64,000 bases of DNA. Source: an uncultured Kriegella sp. Its GTDB lineage: Bacteria > Bacteroidota > Bacteroidia > Flavobacteriales > Flavobacteriaceae. Location of the stretch: the NCBI RefSeq assembly GCF_963975415.1, contig NZ_CAXBGN010000011.1:67410-131409 (forward strand), written 5' to 3'. Positions 22,231 to 31,081 of this stretch are shown piece after piece (position 1 is the stretch's first letter; the number at the start of each line of letters is the position of its first letter). Under the pieces are notes generated by a model. That model saw only the letters and a program-made list of their open reading frames with translations, made no database searches and was not told where the DNA came from. A program made the translations under genes and the position numbers.

Positions 22231-24291
22231 ATGTTTCGATATTTTATTTTAATTTTTTTATTGTTTTTTTCGCTTCTTTCAAGTGCTCAAGATGACCTCT
22301 CTGCTGGCTTTGAACTTTTGGAAACAGGGAAATTCGAACAGGCAGAAACCTTCTTCGAAAACTATTTGAAAACAAAGCCAGATAATAAGACCGCCCAATT
22401 GTGTTATGCGAGAGCAGTGGGCTTAAGCGGGGAACCGCAGAAAGCCACCGGGCTTTTTGCTAATTTGTTAAATGATTACCCTGATGATTTTGAAGTACAA
22501 ATCAATTATAACGAGTCTTACCTATGGGCCAAAGAATACGAAAAGGCAAAACCATTATATCAAGAGATGGTACGCTCTTATCCTGATAAATTTGGAGCAC
22601 TATTAGGCTATGCCAATACACTCAGTAATTTAAAGGAATATAAGCAAGCCTTGACTTGGATAGAAAAGGCCATTGCCCTTGAACCTAATAACAAAAGCGC
22701 CAAAGTTTCCAGAAAATACATGAAGTTAGGTTACGCCAATCAATTCGTGAGCAATCAAAATTATCGAAAGGGCGAAGTTTTGCTTCAGGAAATTTTCACT
22801 GACTTTCCTGAAGACAAAGATGCTTTATTAAATCTTGCAAACCTGTACTTAATCACCAAAAATGCTAGTAAAGCCAAAGCAACGTACGGTCGCTATGCAC
22901 TGACCCCCAAAGATTCGGTTACTGCCTTAAATGGGATTGCTTTGGCAGCACATATTGATGAAAATGACAAGGAAGCCCTTAAAGTTGCTACTCTTTCTAA
23001 AAACCGGGTATCCCAATTCAAAGATAGTATACTGACCGAGCGCACGTATGACCGCTATATTCAAGCTTTGATATGGAATAGGAAATATGGAAAAGCAAAA
23101 GCGCAAATTGATAGTCTGTCAAAACTATACCCAAATAAAAATTGGCTTTTTGCCCTAAAGGCAACTTTCGGTCTTTATACGGGAAATCCCAAATACAGCA
23201 TCAAAAATTACAACGCAATTCTTAAAAATGATAGTACCTCGTTCGACGGAAATCTGGGTAGTGCCAACGCATATTTTGCTTCTGACCGTATAATACCTGC
23301 TTACAAAGCGGCCTATAAAACCTTGAAGATTTATAAAAACCAAAAAGATGCTAACGGCTTTATTGAAAAACTAAACGTTCAATTCACCCCAGGCATAGAA
23401 GAACATGCCGCCTATACTTTTGACAATGGCAATAATATAGCTCTCTTTACCAACACTAGTGTCGATGTTCCTTTATCAACCAAATTTAGAACCACGCTTT
23501 CGTATTTATACCGTACTACAAAAAATACGGTTACGCTCAACAAGGCGAACTCTCATGTAATCGTTGCCGGAATGCAGTATAAATTATTTCCTAAGACCAC
23601 TTTGAAAACGGTTCTGGGCCTAAACAATTCCCGCTTTATGGCAGATGCTTACACCCAACCCGTCTTAGAAGCCAAACTGGCTTTACAGCCATTTAAACTT
23701 CAAAACCTAGAAGTTGGCTATCAACGTGAGGTACAAAATTTCAATGCAGACCTTATCGAACGTGAAATCGTGATGAACCATTACGGACTGAACTACAATC
23801 TAGGCACAAACTTTAACCTGGGTTGGTATACGCAAATGATGTACACCCAACAAAGTGATGCTAATATTCGAAACCTTCTTTTTACTTCGTTATACTACAA
23901 TTTACTACGCAAACCAGCCCTTAAAATGGGGCTTAATTATCAGTACATCTCCTTTGCGGACCAATTACCTACCATTTACTTTAGTCCTGAAAAATATCAA
24001 GCTGTGGAGATATTTGCAGATATTCGCGGAAAAATTTCAAAGAATACCAATTATATGGCAAGTGCCGCTACTGGTTTCCAACAAGTAGAGGAAGACCCAA
24101 ATACTACAATTTTCAGAGCCGAAGCAAAATTACAGCATCAATTTTCAAAACGTCTCAGCGGCAATTTATATGGCAAGTATAGTAATATCGCTTCCGCTAC
24201 TGCAGCAGGTTTTGAATTCACCGAAATTGGAATAAAGTTAAAATGGTTGTTCACTAAAAGACCATTGTTCTTCCATAAAATAAAGCAATAG
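22231..24291 (+). CDS. TPR-repeat protein with C-terminal outer-membrane beta-barrel (PelB/PgaA/BcsC-like export scaffold)
   Basis: 686 aa with a signal peptide (LLSSAQD). About 380 aa of TPR-like helical repeats are followed by about 300 aa of alternating beta-strand pattern rich in Y/N/G. Confidence 0.65.
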   Translation: MFRYFILIFLLFFSLLSSAQDDLSAGFELLETGKFEQAETFFENYLKTKPDNKTAQLCYARAVGLSGEPQKATGLFANLLNDYPDDFEVQINYNESYLWAKEYEKAKPLYQEMVRSYPDKFGALLGYANTLSNLKEYKQALTWIEKAIALEPNNKSAKVSRKYMKLGYANQFVSNQNYRKGEVLLQEIFTDFPEDKDALLNLANLYLITKNASKAKATYGRYALTPKDSVTALNGIALAAHIDENDKEALKVATLSKNRVSQFKDSILTERTYDRYIQALIWNRKYGKAKAQIDSLSKLYPNKNWLFALKATFGLYTGNPKYSIKNYNAILKNDSTSFDGNLGSANAYFASDRIIPAYKAAYKTLKIYKNQKDANGFIEKLNVQFTPGIEEHAAYTFDNGNNIALFTNTSVDVPLSTKFRTTLSYLYRTTKNTVTLNKANSHVIVAGMQYKLFPKTTLKTVLGLNNSRFMADAYTQPVLEAKLALQPFKLQNLEVGYQREVQNFNADLIEREIVMNHYGLNYNLGTNFNLGWYTQMMYTQQSDANIRNLLFTSLYYNLLRKPALKMGLNYQYISFADQLPTIYFSPEKYQAVEIFADIRGKISKNTNYMASAATGFQQVEEDPNTTIFRAEAKLQHQFSKRLSGNLYGKYSNIASATAAGFEFTEIGIKLKWLFTKRPLFFHKIKQ

Positions 24292-24486
24292 AAAATTATA
24301 AGACGGGCTTACTCAATTCGACTGAAATTTTACGAATTTATTACTATCGAGGGTGTGGCACAATGGCAAAGTCACACACCTATCAACGACGAACAGCAAT
24401 GGTTATTAGTCAAAAAGGAGTGACTTACAACGCTGGCAGTTGATATTATAAAGTAATTCGGCGGCCAATGTTAAAAGAGAAAATGG

Positions 24487-25197
24487 CTATAACAGGTTTA
24501 ACCTTCGCATCAATTCGGGCCTACTATTACGGCTGATAGGAACAACATTTTTTTCTATTAAAACGCTGTTATCTTCAATATCTATTATCTTGGTGAAGTT
24601 TATTATATACGACCGATGAATCTGTAGAAATGATTTTTCGGGTAACTTTTGCTTTATGTTTTTTAGGGTCGTATGAACGTGATATTGCTGCTTTTCCGTT
24701 AGAATATCAATATAGTCGCCATTTACCTTTATCAAGAGTACTTCTTCAAACTTTAATTTTATCAAACGCCTATCGATGTTGATGTAAAAATAATCTTCAG
24801 CACCGAAACCTTCATGTTCCCCTCCCTCTTTTTTTGCAGGTGTCACCAATGCACTTTTTATTTTTCGAATCGATTTTTCAAAACGCTCAAAATTTATAGG
24901 TTTCACCAAATAGTCTACTATTGATTCATATTCATAGGATTCAATGGCAAAATTAGTGTCAGAGGTAATCAAGACTACCTTGGGAGAATCTTTTAAAGTT
25001 CGTACAAAATCAACTCCACTAAATCCTGGCATGTGAATATCTAAAAACACCACATCGACGGTAGATTGATTTAAAAACTTTATGGCATCGATGGCATTGT
25101 CAAATTGGGCTACTACCTCTATATCTGAAACTTTAGAAGAAAATCTTGCCACTATCGCTCTTGCGGCTTTCTCATCATCTACGATAATACAGGTCAT
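24487..25197 (-). CDS. LytTR-family response regulator (REC + LytTR DNA-binding domain)
   Basis: 236 aa with receiver (IIVDDE, VVFLDIHMPGFSG, KP) and LytTR signature (FLQIHRSYIINF). Confidence 0.9.
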   Translation of the reverse strand: MTCIIVDDEKAARAIVARFSSKVSDIEVVAQFDNAIDAIKFLNQSTVDVVFLDIHMPGFSGVDFVRTLKDSPKVVLITSDTNFAIESYEYESIVDYLVKPINFERFEKSIRKIKSALVTPAKKEGGEHEGFGAEDYFYINIDRRLIKLKFEEVLLIKVNGDYIDILTEKQQYHVHTTLKNIKQKLPEKSFLQIHRSYIINFTKIIDIEDNSVLIEKNVVPISRNSRPELMRRLNLL

Positions 25198-25199
25198 TG

Positions 25200-25520
25200 T
25201 TAAATAGTTTTTAGAAAATTATCTATGTTATCTAAAACATGACAGAAATCTTTGTGTCTTCCAAAATCTTCTGTTTTCAATTCTTCTTCAAAGACTACAG
25301 CCAATTTATAGGCTTCCTCCATGCTCAATATATTCAGTTTATGCTTTAATTTATGAACAATTTGCCAAGCTGCATAAAAATCTTTTTTTTCGATAGCTTC
25401 TTTGTAAATATTATGTTCGATCGGAAACTCTTGTTTCACTATGGAAATAAATTCCAACTCAAAATCGTAGTCGTCTCCTGCAAGTTCTTTAATATAATTT
25501 AAATTAGGCTTGTCCATCAC
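25200..25520 (-). CDS. Hpt (histidine phosphotransfer) domain protein
   Basis: 106 aa, helical, with an Hpt-like HKLKH motif (QIVHKLKHKLNILSM). It sits between a kinase and a response regulator and overlaps the kinase gene by 17 nt. Confidence 0.6.
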   Translation of the reverse strand: MMDKPNLNYIKELAGDDYDFELEFISIVKQEFPIEHNIYKEAIEKKDFYAAWQIVHKLKHKLNILSMEEAYKLAVVFEEELKTEDFGRHKDFCHVLDNIDNFLKTI

Positions 25521-26580
25521 AGTTTTTCTTTAATGTAAAATAAAAAGTTGTTCCCTTATTCTCTTCTGATTCGAGCCAAATATGGCCTTTATAAAGGGCT
25601 ATGATTTTTTTTGCCAAGGCGAGTCCAACTCCGGCAGATGTTGGATTATTCTCCAATTTTCGAAACATCTCGAATATACTTTTGTGGTGACGTTCAGGAA
25701 TTCCTTTTCCATTATCGGATATAGAAAATTTCCAAAATTGGTCATCATCTTCACTTTTAATTTTAATCAACCCTTCAGATAAGTGTTCGGTAGCGGCAAT
25801 GGCATTGGTCAACAAAATGGTAAAAAGTTGTTCGATCCAAATTCTTTCCAAGCAAATGGTTGGTAGATTATCGGACCATTGCAAATCTACATTATCGGGA
25901 ATGTTACTATTTTTTTTGATTTCACCAAGGAGCATTTTAATGTCAATGTTCTTCTTTTCCTCCATTTGAGCCCCAATGCTAGCGTGCTTAAGGATGCCAT
26001 TGATCAAATTATCCATTTTGGTCAAGTTCTCAGATATCAAAAGGCAATTATTCTTACTATCTTCCGACATTCTACTTTTTTCTTCCTCCAATATCCAACT
26101 CATCAACGCATTTACGTTTCTAACGGGTGATTTTAAATCATGGGATACCATTTGAACGTAATTGCTCAGCGACTCGTTCTTTACCTCCAAGCTTTTTAAG
26201 AGTACATTTTTTTCGGCCGTAATTTCACTAACCTCCTGGGCCAAATTGCTTAAATGACGTGCCAATTTTTCAGCATCGAAATTTTTGGTCTCACCATGTT
26301 TCAATTTGTCTCCGCCATCCAAATTCGAATTAAGGCTATTCATAGCCTGCTCAAGAGAAGCAAGAATCTGTTGTTGTCGCTCCGCTTCTTTTGTCAGTTT
26401 GGCGTTTGCCAGATAAAGTTCTTCAGAACTTATTGAGGTCGCACGCTGTATCATTGACAGCTTTTCATCAAAATCAATATACGAATTGTCGACGGCATTT
26501 AAGAACGCTTGAATATCAGGGCTTTCCTTCAAATGGTCGGGCAAGTATTTTCTTAACTGTCTATTGATCAGTGGGTGCAT
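25504..26580 (-). CDS. Cytoplasmic histidine kinase (coiled coil + HisKA + HATPase, no sensor domain)
   Basis: 358 aa with H-box MVSHDLKSPVR, N-box LLTNAI, G-boxes DNGKGI and GVGLALAKK. No TM segment. Confidence 0.9.
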   Translation of the reverse strand: MHPLINRQLRKYLPDHLKESPDIQAFLNAVDNSYIDFDEKLSMIQRATSISSEELYLANAKLTKEAERQQQILASLEQAMNSLNSNLDGGDKLKHGETKNFDAEKLARHLSNLAQEVSEITAEKNVLLKSLEVKNESLSNYVQMVSHDLKSPVRNVNALMSWILEEEKSRMSEDSKNNCLLISENLTKMDNLINGILKHASIGAQMEEKKNIDIKMLLGEIKKNSNIPDNVDLQWSDNLPTICLERIWIEQLFTILLTNAIAATEHLSEGLIKIKSEDDDQFWKFSISDNGKGIPERHHKSIFEMFRKLENNPTSAGVGLALAKKIIALYKGHIWLESEENKGTTFYFTLKKNCDGQA

Positions 26581-27716
26581 TATTCGCTAAGTAAAGTTAA
26601 TGTCATAGTCTGGTTATGCAATTTACACGCATCTTGATCGGCAAAAGGTGCCATCTCCCCATAGGAATAGAATCCGGTAACCACAGTATTTTCCCCAATT
26701 ACAGATAATACTTCGTCTACTTCTTCCTCCGTTCTTTGTCCCATGACCAGCTTACGGCCCACACAACTTATCAACAAGGCCAATTCAGGAGCGGCACTTC
26801 TTTTGTTCATCGCATATTTGGCCGCAGTTCGCGCACCATTGGCAATATCATCGACCGTAGACATCATTAATTGAACCTTCGAACCTTCAGGAATATCACC
26901 GGCAATAATCATGGTATTACTTTCTTCGTCTATATTTAAAATCGTTCTTACTATGGCAACCTCTTCATTCGGATGTCGTACACTCAAAGGAAACAACAAA
27001 GCCGATTGAGGCAATTCTTTTGCTTTTTCTCCAAGGTACTTCTTATAAAGGTCCAAAGCGGGTTTATCATCGAGTTCGTGCAGAATGTTATCCTGAGATT
27101 TCGTGATTACGCGTTCTGGCCCAAAAGGCATCCACCCACCGTAATTGGCACTTGTTATTTCTAGAGATTCGCCGTAAAATGCTATCGCCACTATCTCTCC
27201 CTCTTTAGGATTTTCGTTGTACGAAGAAAGTGTTTTTTCGAAACGGCCATCATCACCACATAAACCACCAGATAAACCGACACCCTTATTTTTATTTTGC
27301 TCAAACCCCGCAATCAAGGCACTGCCGTTAACCGTACTTCCTTCCGACACTAAAAATAAATGTTTTAAATTCTCTTGGGAAAAAGATTTCATCAAATGCT
27401 CGCCAAGATCTGTATCGTCATTGGCGAAATTGGCCACATTCTCCCTTTTAACCAAGAAACTGCCCTTCTCAAATTCAATTGCTGTTAACACCGCCGAATT
27501 TTCATAAACCGAATCTTCCATAATTTCACCCGAAGTCGAGCCAAAAACTATGTGTCCCGATGGAAACAAATCCCTTACCTCTTTATATATTCCTTCATCT
27601 TCCAAAATATATCTATTTCCAAAGACCAGAACTAGGGGATTGTTCAATACCTTATGTTCACCTTTAAACTTAAAGGGTACACCGGCGGCTACTTTTATTG
27701 CTTGTACTGTTTTCAT
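26580..27716 (-). CDS. FIST-domain sensory protein (FIST_N + FIST_C)
   Basis: 378 aa with a FIST-like sequence ending in the typical GFYSYGEMAP...HNQT block. Its stop overlaps the start of the kinase gene by 1 nt. Confidence 0.8.
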   Translation of the reverse strand: MKTVQAIKVAAGVPFKFKGEHKVLNNPLVLVFGNRYILEDEGIYKEVRDLFPSGHIVFGSTSGEIMEDSVYENSAVLTAIEFEKGSFLVKRENVANFANDDTDLGEHLMKSFSQENLKHLFLVSEGSTVNGSALIAGFEQNKNKGVGLSGGLCGDDGRFEKTLSSYNENPKEGEIVAIAFYGESLEITSANYGGWMPFGPERVITKSQDNILHELDDKPALDLYKKYLGEKAKELPQSALLFPLSVRHPNEEVAIVRTILNIDEESNTMIIAGDIPEGSKVQLMMSTVDDIANGARTAAKYAMNKRSAAPELALLISCVGRKLVMGQRTEEEVDEVLSVIGENTVVTGFYSYGEMAPFADQDACKLHNQTMTLTLLSE

Positions 27717-27723
27717 AAAACGC

Positions 27724-29724
27724 TTATTTTAACTGGCAAAATTCTTTCTTTAAGGTAAAGTGAAACTCTGTTCCTACGCCCACTTCACTATCTACCCAAA
27801 CCTCACCGCCATATCTATCTACAATCTTTTTTACAATGGAGAGCCCTATCCCGGTTGATCTTTCGTTATGGCCTACCGATTGAAAAATTTCGAATATTTT
27901 TTTGTGATACTCCTTTGGAATACCTACCCCGTTATCTTTAATGGTAAAGCACAAATGAGTTTTGTTTTCTTTGTAAAGAACTTCTACCAAGCCCTCTTTT
28001 TTATCTATATGCACCACAGCGTTACCCATAATATTTTGAAACAACTGGTGCATTTTAATATCATCTGCCAAAATGGTGGGCAACAATACCGGCACGGAAA
28101 GTTTTACATGTTCAGGAATAAAAATACTCTCTCCAACATCTGCCACTACGGTATTCAGGTCAACCTTTGAATTATCAAGTTCAGAACTATTTGCGGTAGA
28201 GTACTCTAAAATACCATGAATCAGTTTATCCATGGAGGCCACTTTCTCTTGCATTAATTGCAAGTTATGCTGTCCGGCCTCATCTAAAACATCTTTATAA
28301 TCTTCTTGAATCCAAGTGGCCAAAGCACTTATACTTCTTAATGGTGATTTCAAGTCATGGGAAACGATATGCGCATATTCTTGAAGGCCCTTATTGCTAT
28401 TTTCAAGCTCCTTTAATAGTCGCTCTTTTTGCTGTTCAAGAAGTTTCTGATTCGTGATATCAAGATGAATACCTATAGATCCAATAACATTCTTATCCAC
28501 ATCATATCTTGGGGCACCGCTTATCAACCAATATTTTTTGGCTCCCAATTTGTCCCTGACCTCAGCTTCATACGAATCTGATTTACCCTTGATCCTTGCT
28601 ATGTTCTTATCTGCAATTAGTGCTTGATCTTTGATATTCAGATAATTGGATGCTTTTTTACCTAAAAGCTCTTCCTCTCGAAACCCGCTCATGGTACAAA
28701 AACTACGGTTTACCAATTGAATAACATCATCGGTATCAACCTCAAGAAGACCAAGGTTCATGTTGGCTATTATACTGCTATATTTTTGGCGTTCAGCATT
28801 TAATCTTACTTCGGCCTCTCGCTCTTTGGTAATATCTTCGACCAGCACCAATTGATACTCGAGATTTCCTTTGGTGTCTTTGACGGCACTCACTATAGTT
28901 CTTGTTAAGACACAAGATCCATTTTTTCTAAACAACCGTTTGATCACCGTAAATTTATCACGTTTCCCCTCATTCATTTCAGAAGTCAGCCGGTCGTTGG
29001 CCTCAACATCCTCCGGAGCCGAAAAACTACTTACTTTAAGTTTTTTTAGCTCAATTTCACTATATCCTAAAAGGTCAATAAAGGTATTGTTAGCCTTTAC
29101 TATGGTATCGTCAACCCTCAAAACAATACCTAAGGGCGAATTCTGTACAATAGTATCCAATTGCTTGCGCTGCTCTGAAAGTAGTTGTTTAACCTCTATT
29201 TCTTGGGTAATATCGCGTATTATACCTTGTGCGGCAATGGGCCTTCTTTTTTTATCATAGATAAGGCTGCTGTTTACCTCTACCCATTTGGCATCGCCAT
29301 TCTTGGTCACTATTTTTGCCTTATACTTATTAATTTTTCCAAATTCGATCAATGCTTTCATCGATTGACCCGTATATAGGCTAAAATCTTTATGAATTAT
29401 CGATGTAAGGTTAAAACGTTCTTTGGTATGGTCATATCCTAAAAATTCCTTGGCGGAATTATTCATTTTTATAACCTCCCCTTTTAGGTCCATTACCACA
29501 TAAGGATCAATTATATTGATAAAATTACCGTCAAGTTCTGATGTCGTTTCACATAAAAGATCTTCTAGTTTACTTTTAGATTCCTTTAAATGCTCGGTAA
29601 CGTCATATAACTCTTTGGATTTTTCTTCCAATATTTTCTCTGCTTGATGACGTGCCTTTTTCTCGCGTTCCAACGCTCTCTTGAGTACTTGAACCTCTTT
29701 ACTTTCCATTGGTGACGATATCAA
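27724..29724 (-). CDS. Multi-PAS sensor histidine kinase (H-NOX-associated)
   Basis: 666 aa with an N-terminal coiled coil, about three PAS/PAC modules, H-box IVSHDLKSPLR and a HATPase domain (DNGVGI, GIGLSIVKK). It overlaps the H-NOX gene by 26 nt. Confidence 0.9.
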   Translation of the reverse strand: MISSPMESKEVQVLKRALEREKKARHQAEKILEEKSKELYDVTEHLKESKSKLEDLLCETTSELDGNFINIIDPYVVMDLKGEVIKMNNSAKEFLGYDHTKERFNLTSIIHKDFSLYTGQSMKALIEFGKINKYKAKIVTKNGDAKWVEVNSSLIYDKKRRPIAAQGIIRDITQEIEVKQLLSEQRKQLDTIVQNSPLGIVLRVDDTIVKANNTFIDLLGYSEIELKKLKVSSFSAPEDVEANDRLTSEMNEGKRDKFTVIKRLFRKNGSCVLTRTIVSAVKDTKGNLEYQLVLVEDITKEREAEVRLNAERQKYSSIIANMNLGLLEVDTDDVIQLVNRSFCTMSGFREEELLGKKASNYLNIKDQALIADKNIARIKGKSDSYEAEVRDKLGAKKYWLISGAPRYDVDKNVIGSIGIHLDITNQKLLEQQKERLLKELENSNKGLQEYAHIVSHDLKSPLRSISALATWIQEDYKDVLDEAGQHNLQLMQEKVASMDKLIHGILEYSTANSSELDNSKVDLNTVVADVGESIFIPEHVKLSVPVLLPTILADDIKMHQLFQNIMGNAVVHIDKKEGLVEVLYKENKTHLCFTIKDNGVGIPKEYHKKIFEIFQSVGHNERSTGIGLSIVKKIVDRYGGEVWVDSEVGVGTEFHFTLKKEFCQLK

Positions 29725-30244
29725 ATTTAACTTCCGTCCCGTCTTCTTTCAACAACTGGTAAGTGATTTGCGCCGTATCGTTAAAATGTTCGAAGGTTTT
29801 CTCCATTAAGCCATGGGCCAACCTATAGAGTCCTCTTGAGGAAGAATATATCATGGATAACGTAGTATCTGTTTTATCCAGAATTTTGAAGGTAGGAAGC
29901 TCAGCATCGGGGTAGAGCTTCTTAACATGTACATGTATATGGTCTTCAATTGAATAGAGCAGCGCAAGTGGAGACTTGTAACTTTTCACTACCTCAGGAT
30001 GAGATTTGGCCAACCCGTCAAATAAGTATAGGCCAAAAGCGTGGATAAGGTCACCCGCAGGAATATTCGTGACCCCACTTAGTTGTGTAATGAGACTCAC
30101 CATCTCATTAAAATCGTAGGTGCCTACAGAAGTATAGCTGCCCTCTGAAGGCAAATTTGAATTTTCAATTATAGCATCCAAGGTTTCCAAGCCAAACTTG
30201 GATTCTACCATTTCCAAAAATTCAGTAAAAACAATACCTTTCAT
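29699..30244 (-). CDS. H-NOX (heme-nitric oxide/oxygen binding) domain protein
   Basis: 181 aa with the MKGIVFTEFLEMVE N-terminus typical of HNOB. Candidate proximal His lies in EDHIHVHVKKLYP (H102/104/106). The YxSxR heme-propionate motif is Y133-S135-R137. Confidence 0.85.
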   Translation of the reverse strand: MKGIVFTEFLEMVESKFGLETLDAIIENSNLPSEGSYTSVGTYDFNEMVSLITQLSGVTNIPAGDLIHAFGLYLFDGLAKSHPEVVKSYKSPLALLYSIEDHIHVHVKKLYPDAELPTFKILDKTDTTLSMIYSSSRGLYRLAHGLMEKTFEHFNDTAQITYQLLKEDGTEVKFDIVTNGK

Positions 30245-30319
30245 AAAACTGATTTAGTTTTTAAAGGTAGGAAAAGTATGACTTTTACATAAAATTTTGT
30301 TGTGAAACGCCGTTTTTAG

Positions 30320-30721
30320 TTAGCCTTTAACCAACTGATTGATGTCCCAGTATTCCAAGACCTTATTTAACTTTGATTCGTAGTCTTCATATTTTAGGGG
30401 TTTTATAACATAACCAGCGATTCCAATTTGATAACATTTAAGTAAATCGGCCCTGTTTTCAGATGTGGTCAATATAATTGTAGGAAGGTATTTTAAAACA
30501 TCGTCGGCCTTAAGAATTTCTAAAAACTCTATACCGCTCATTCTAGGCATGTTTAAATCTAATAGAATAATATCAGGTGACTTTTCACCCGACCTCAATA
30601 TCTCGAGCGCCTCCTCACCGTTGTTCGCCTTTACAATATTATGTTTAAGTTGCAGCTTAGATAAGGTGCGTTGTAATTTCATGACTTCGATAGTATCGTC
30701 TTCAATTAAAAGAATGTCCAT
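30320..30721 (-). CDS. Stand-alone receiver-domain response regulator (CheY-like)
   Basis: 133 aa with LLIEDD, IILLDLNMPRMSG, LTTS and KP motifs. Confidence 0.9.
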   Translation of the reverse strand: MDILLIEDDTIEVMKLQRTLSKLQLKHNIVKANNGEEALEILRSGEKSPDIILLDLNMPRMSGIEFLEILKADDVLKYLPTIILTTSENRADLLKCYQIGIAGYVIKPLKYEDYESKLNKVLEYWDINQLVKG

Positions 30722-31081
30722 AGTTTTATTGTTTTTCGAATTATTAAAACAAATTTCCGTTTTTGTACTTTATTTGAGGGTTTCAACACGGGCGAATGGT
30801 AGATTGGTGTCGGTGAATGGTAATTTTATGTAGATTTAAAATTGAATATTTTTTCGTAAAGAAAGAAAAAACATACAAACCAACGAATGAAGTTTGTTCA
30901 TAAAATAGCAATCTCCCATTGAAACTAAAGGGCCGTTATTGTTTTTATAAAGTTTCAACAGCTCGTATGGTATTCACTGTGATTATTTCTAAGTCAAGCA
31001 TAATGTCCAATCTTAAAAACAGCCGTATTTGACCGTCAATACTTTATTATGTGAGATAAAGAACAACTAGCTATTCATTGT

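Noticed and set aside
31029-31039. TTGACCGTCAA palindrome downstream of the sulfatase gene.
   Set aside because: It has a 1-nt spacer, so it is not the N4 operator. As a hairpin it has almost no loop, so it is a poor terminator. Function is unsupported.
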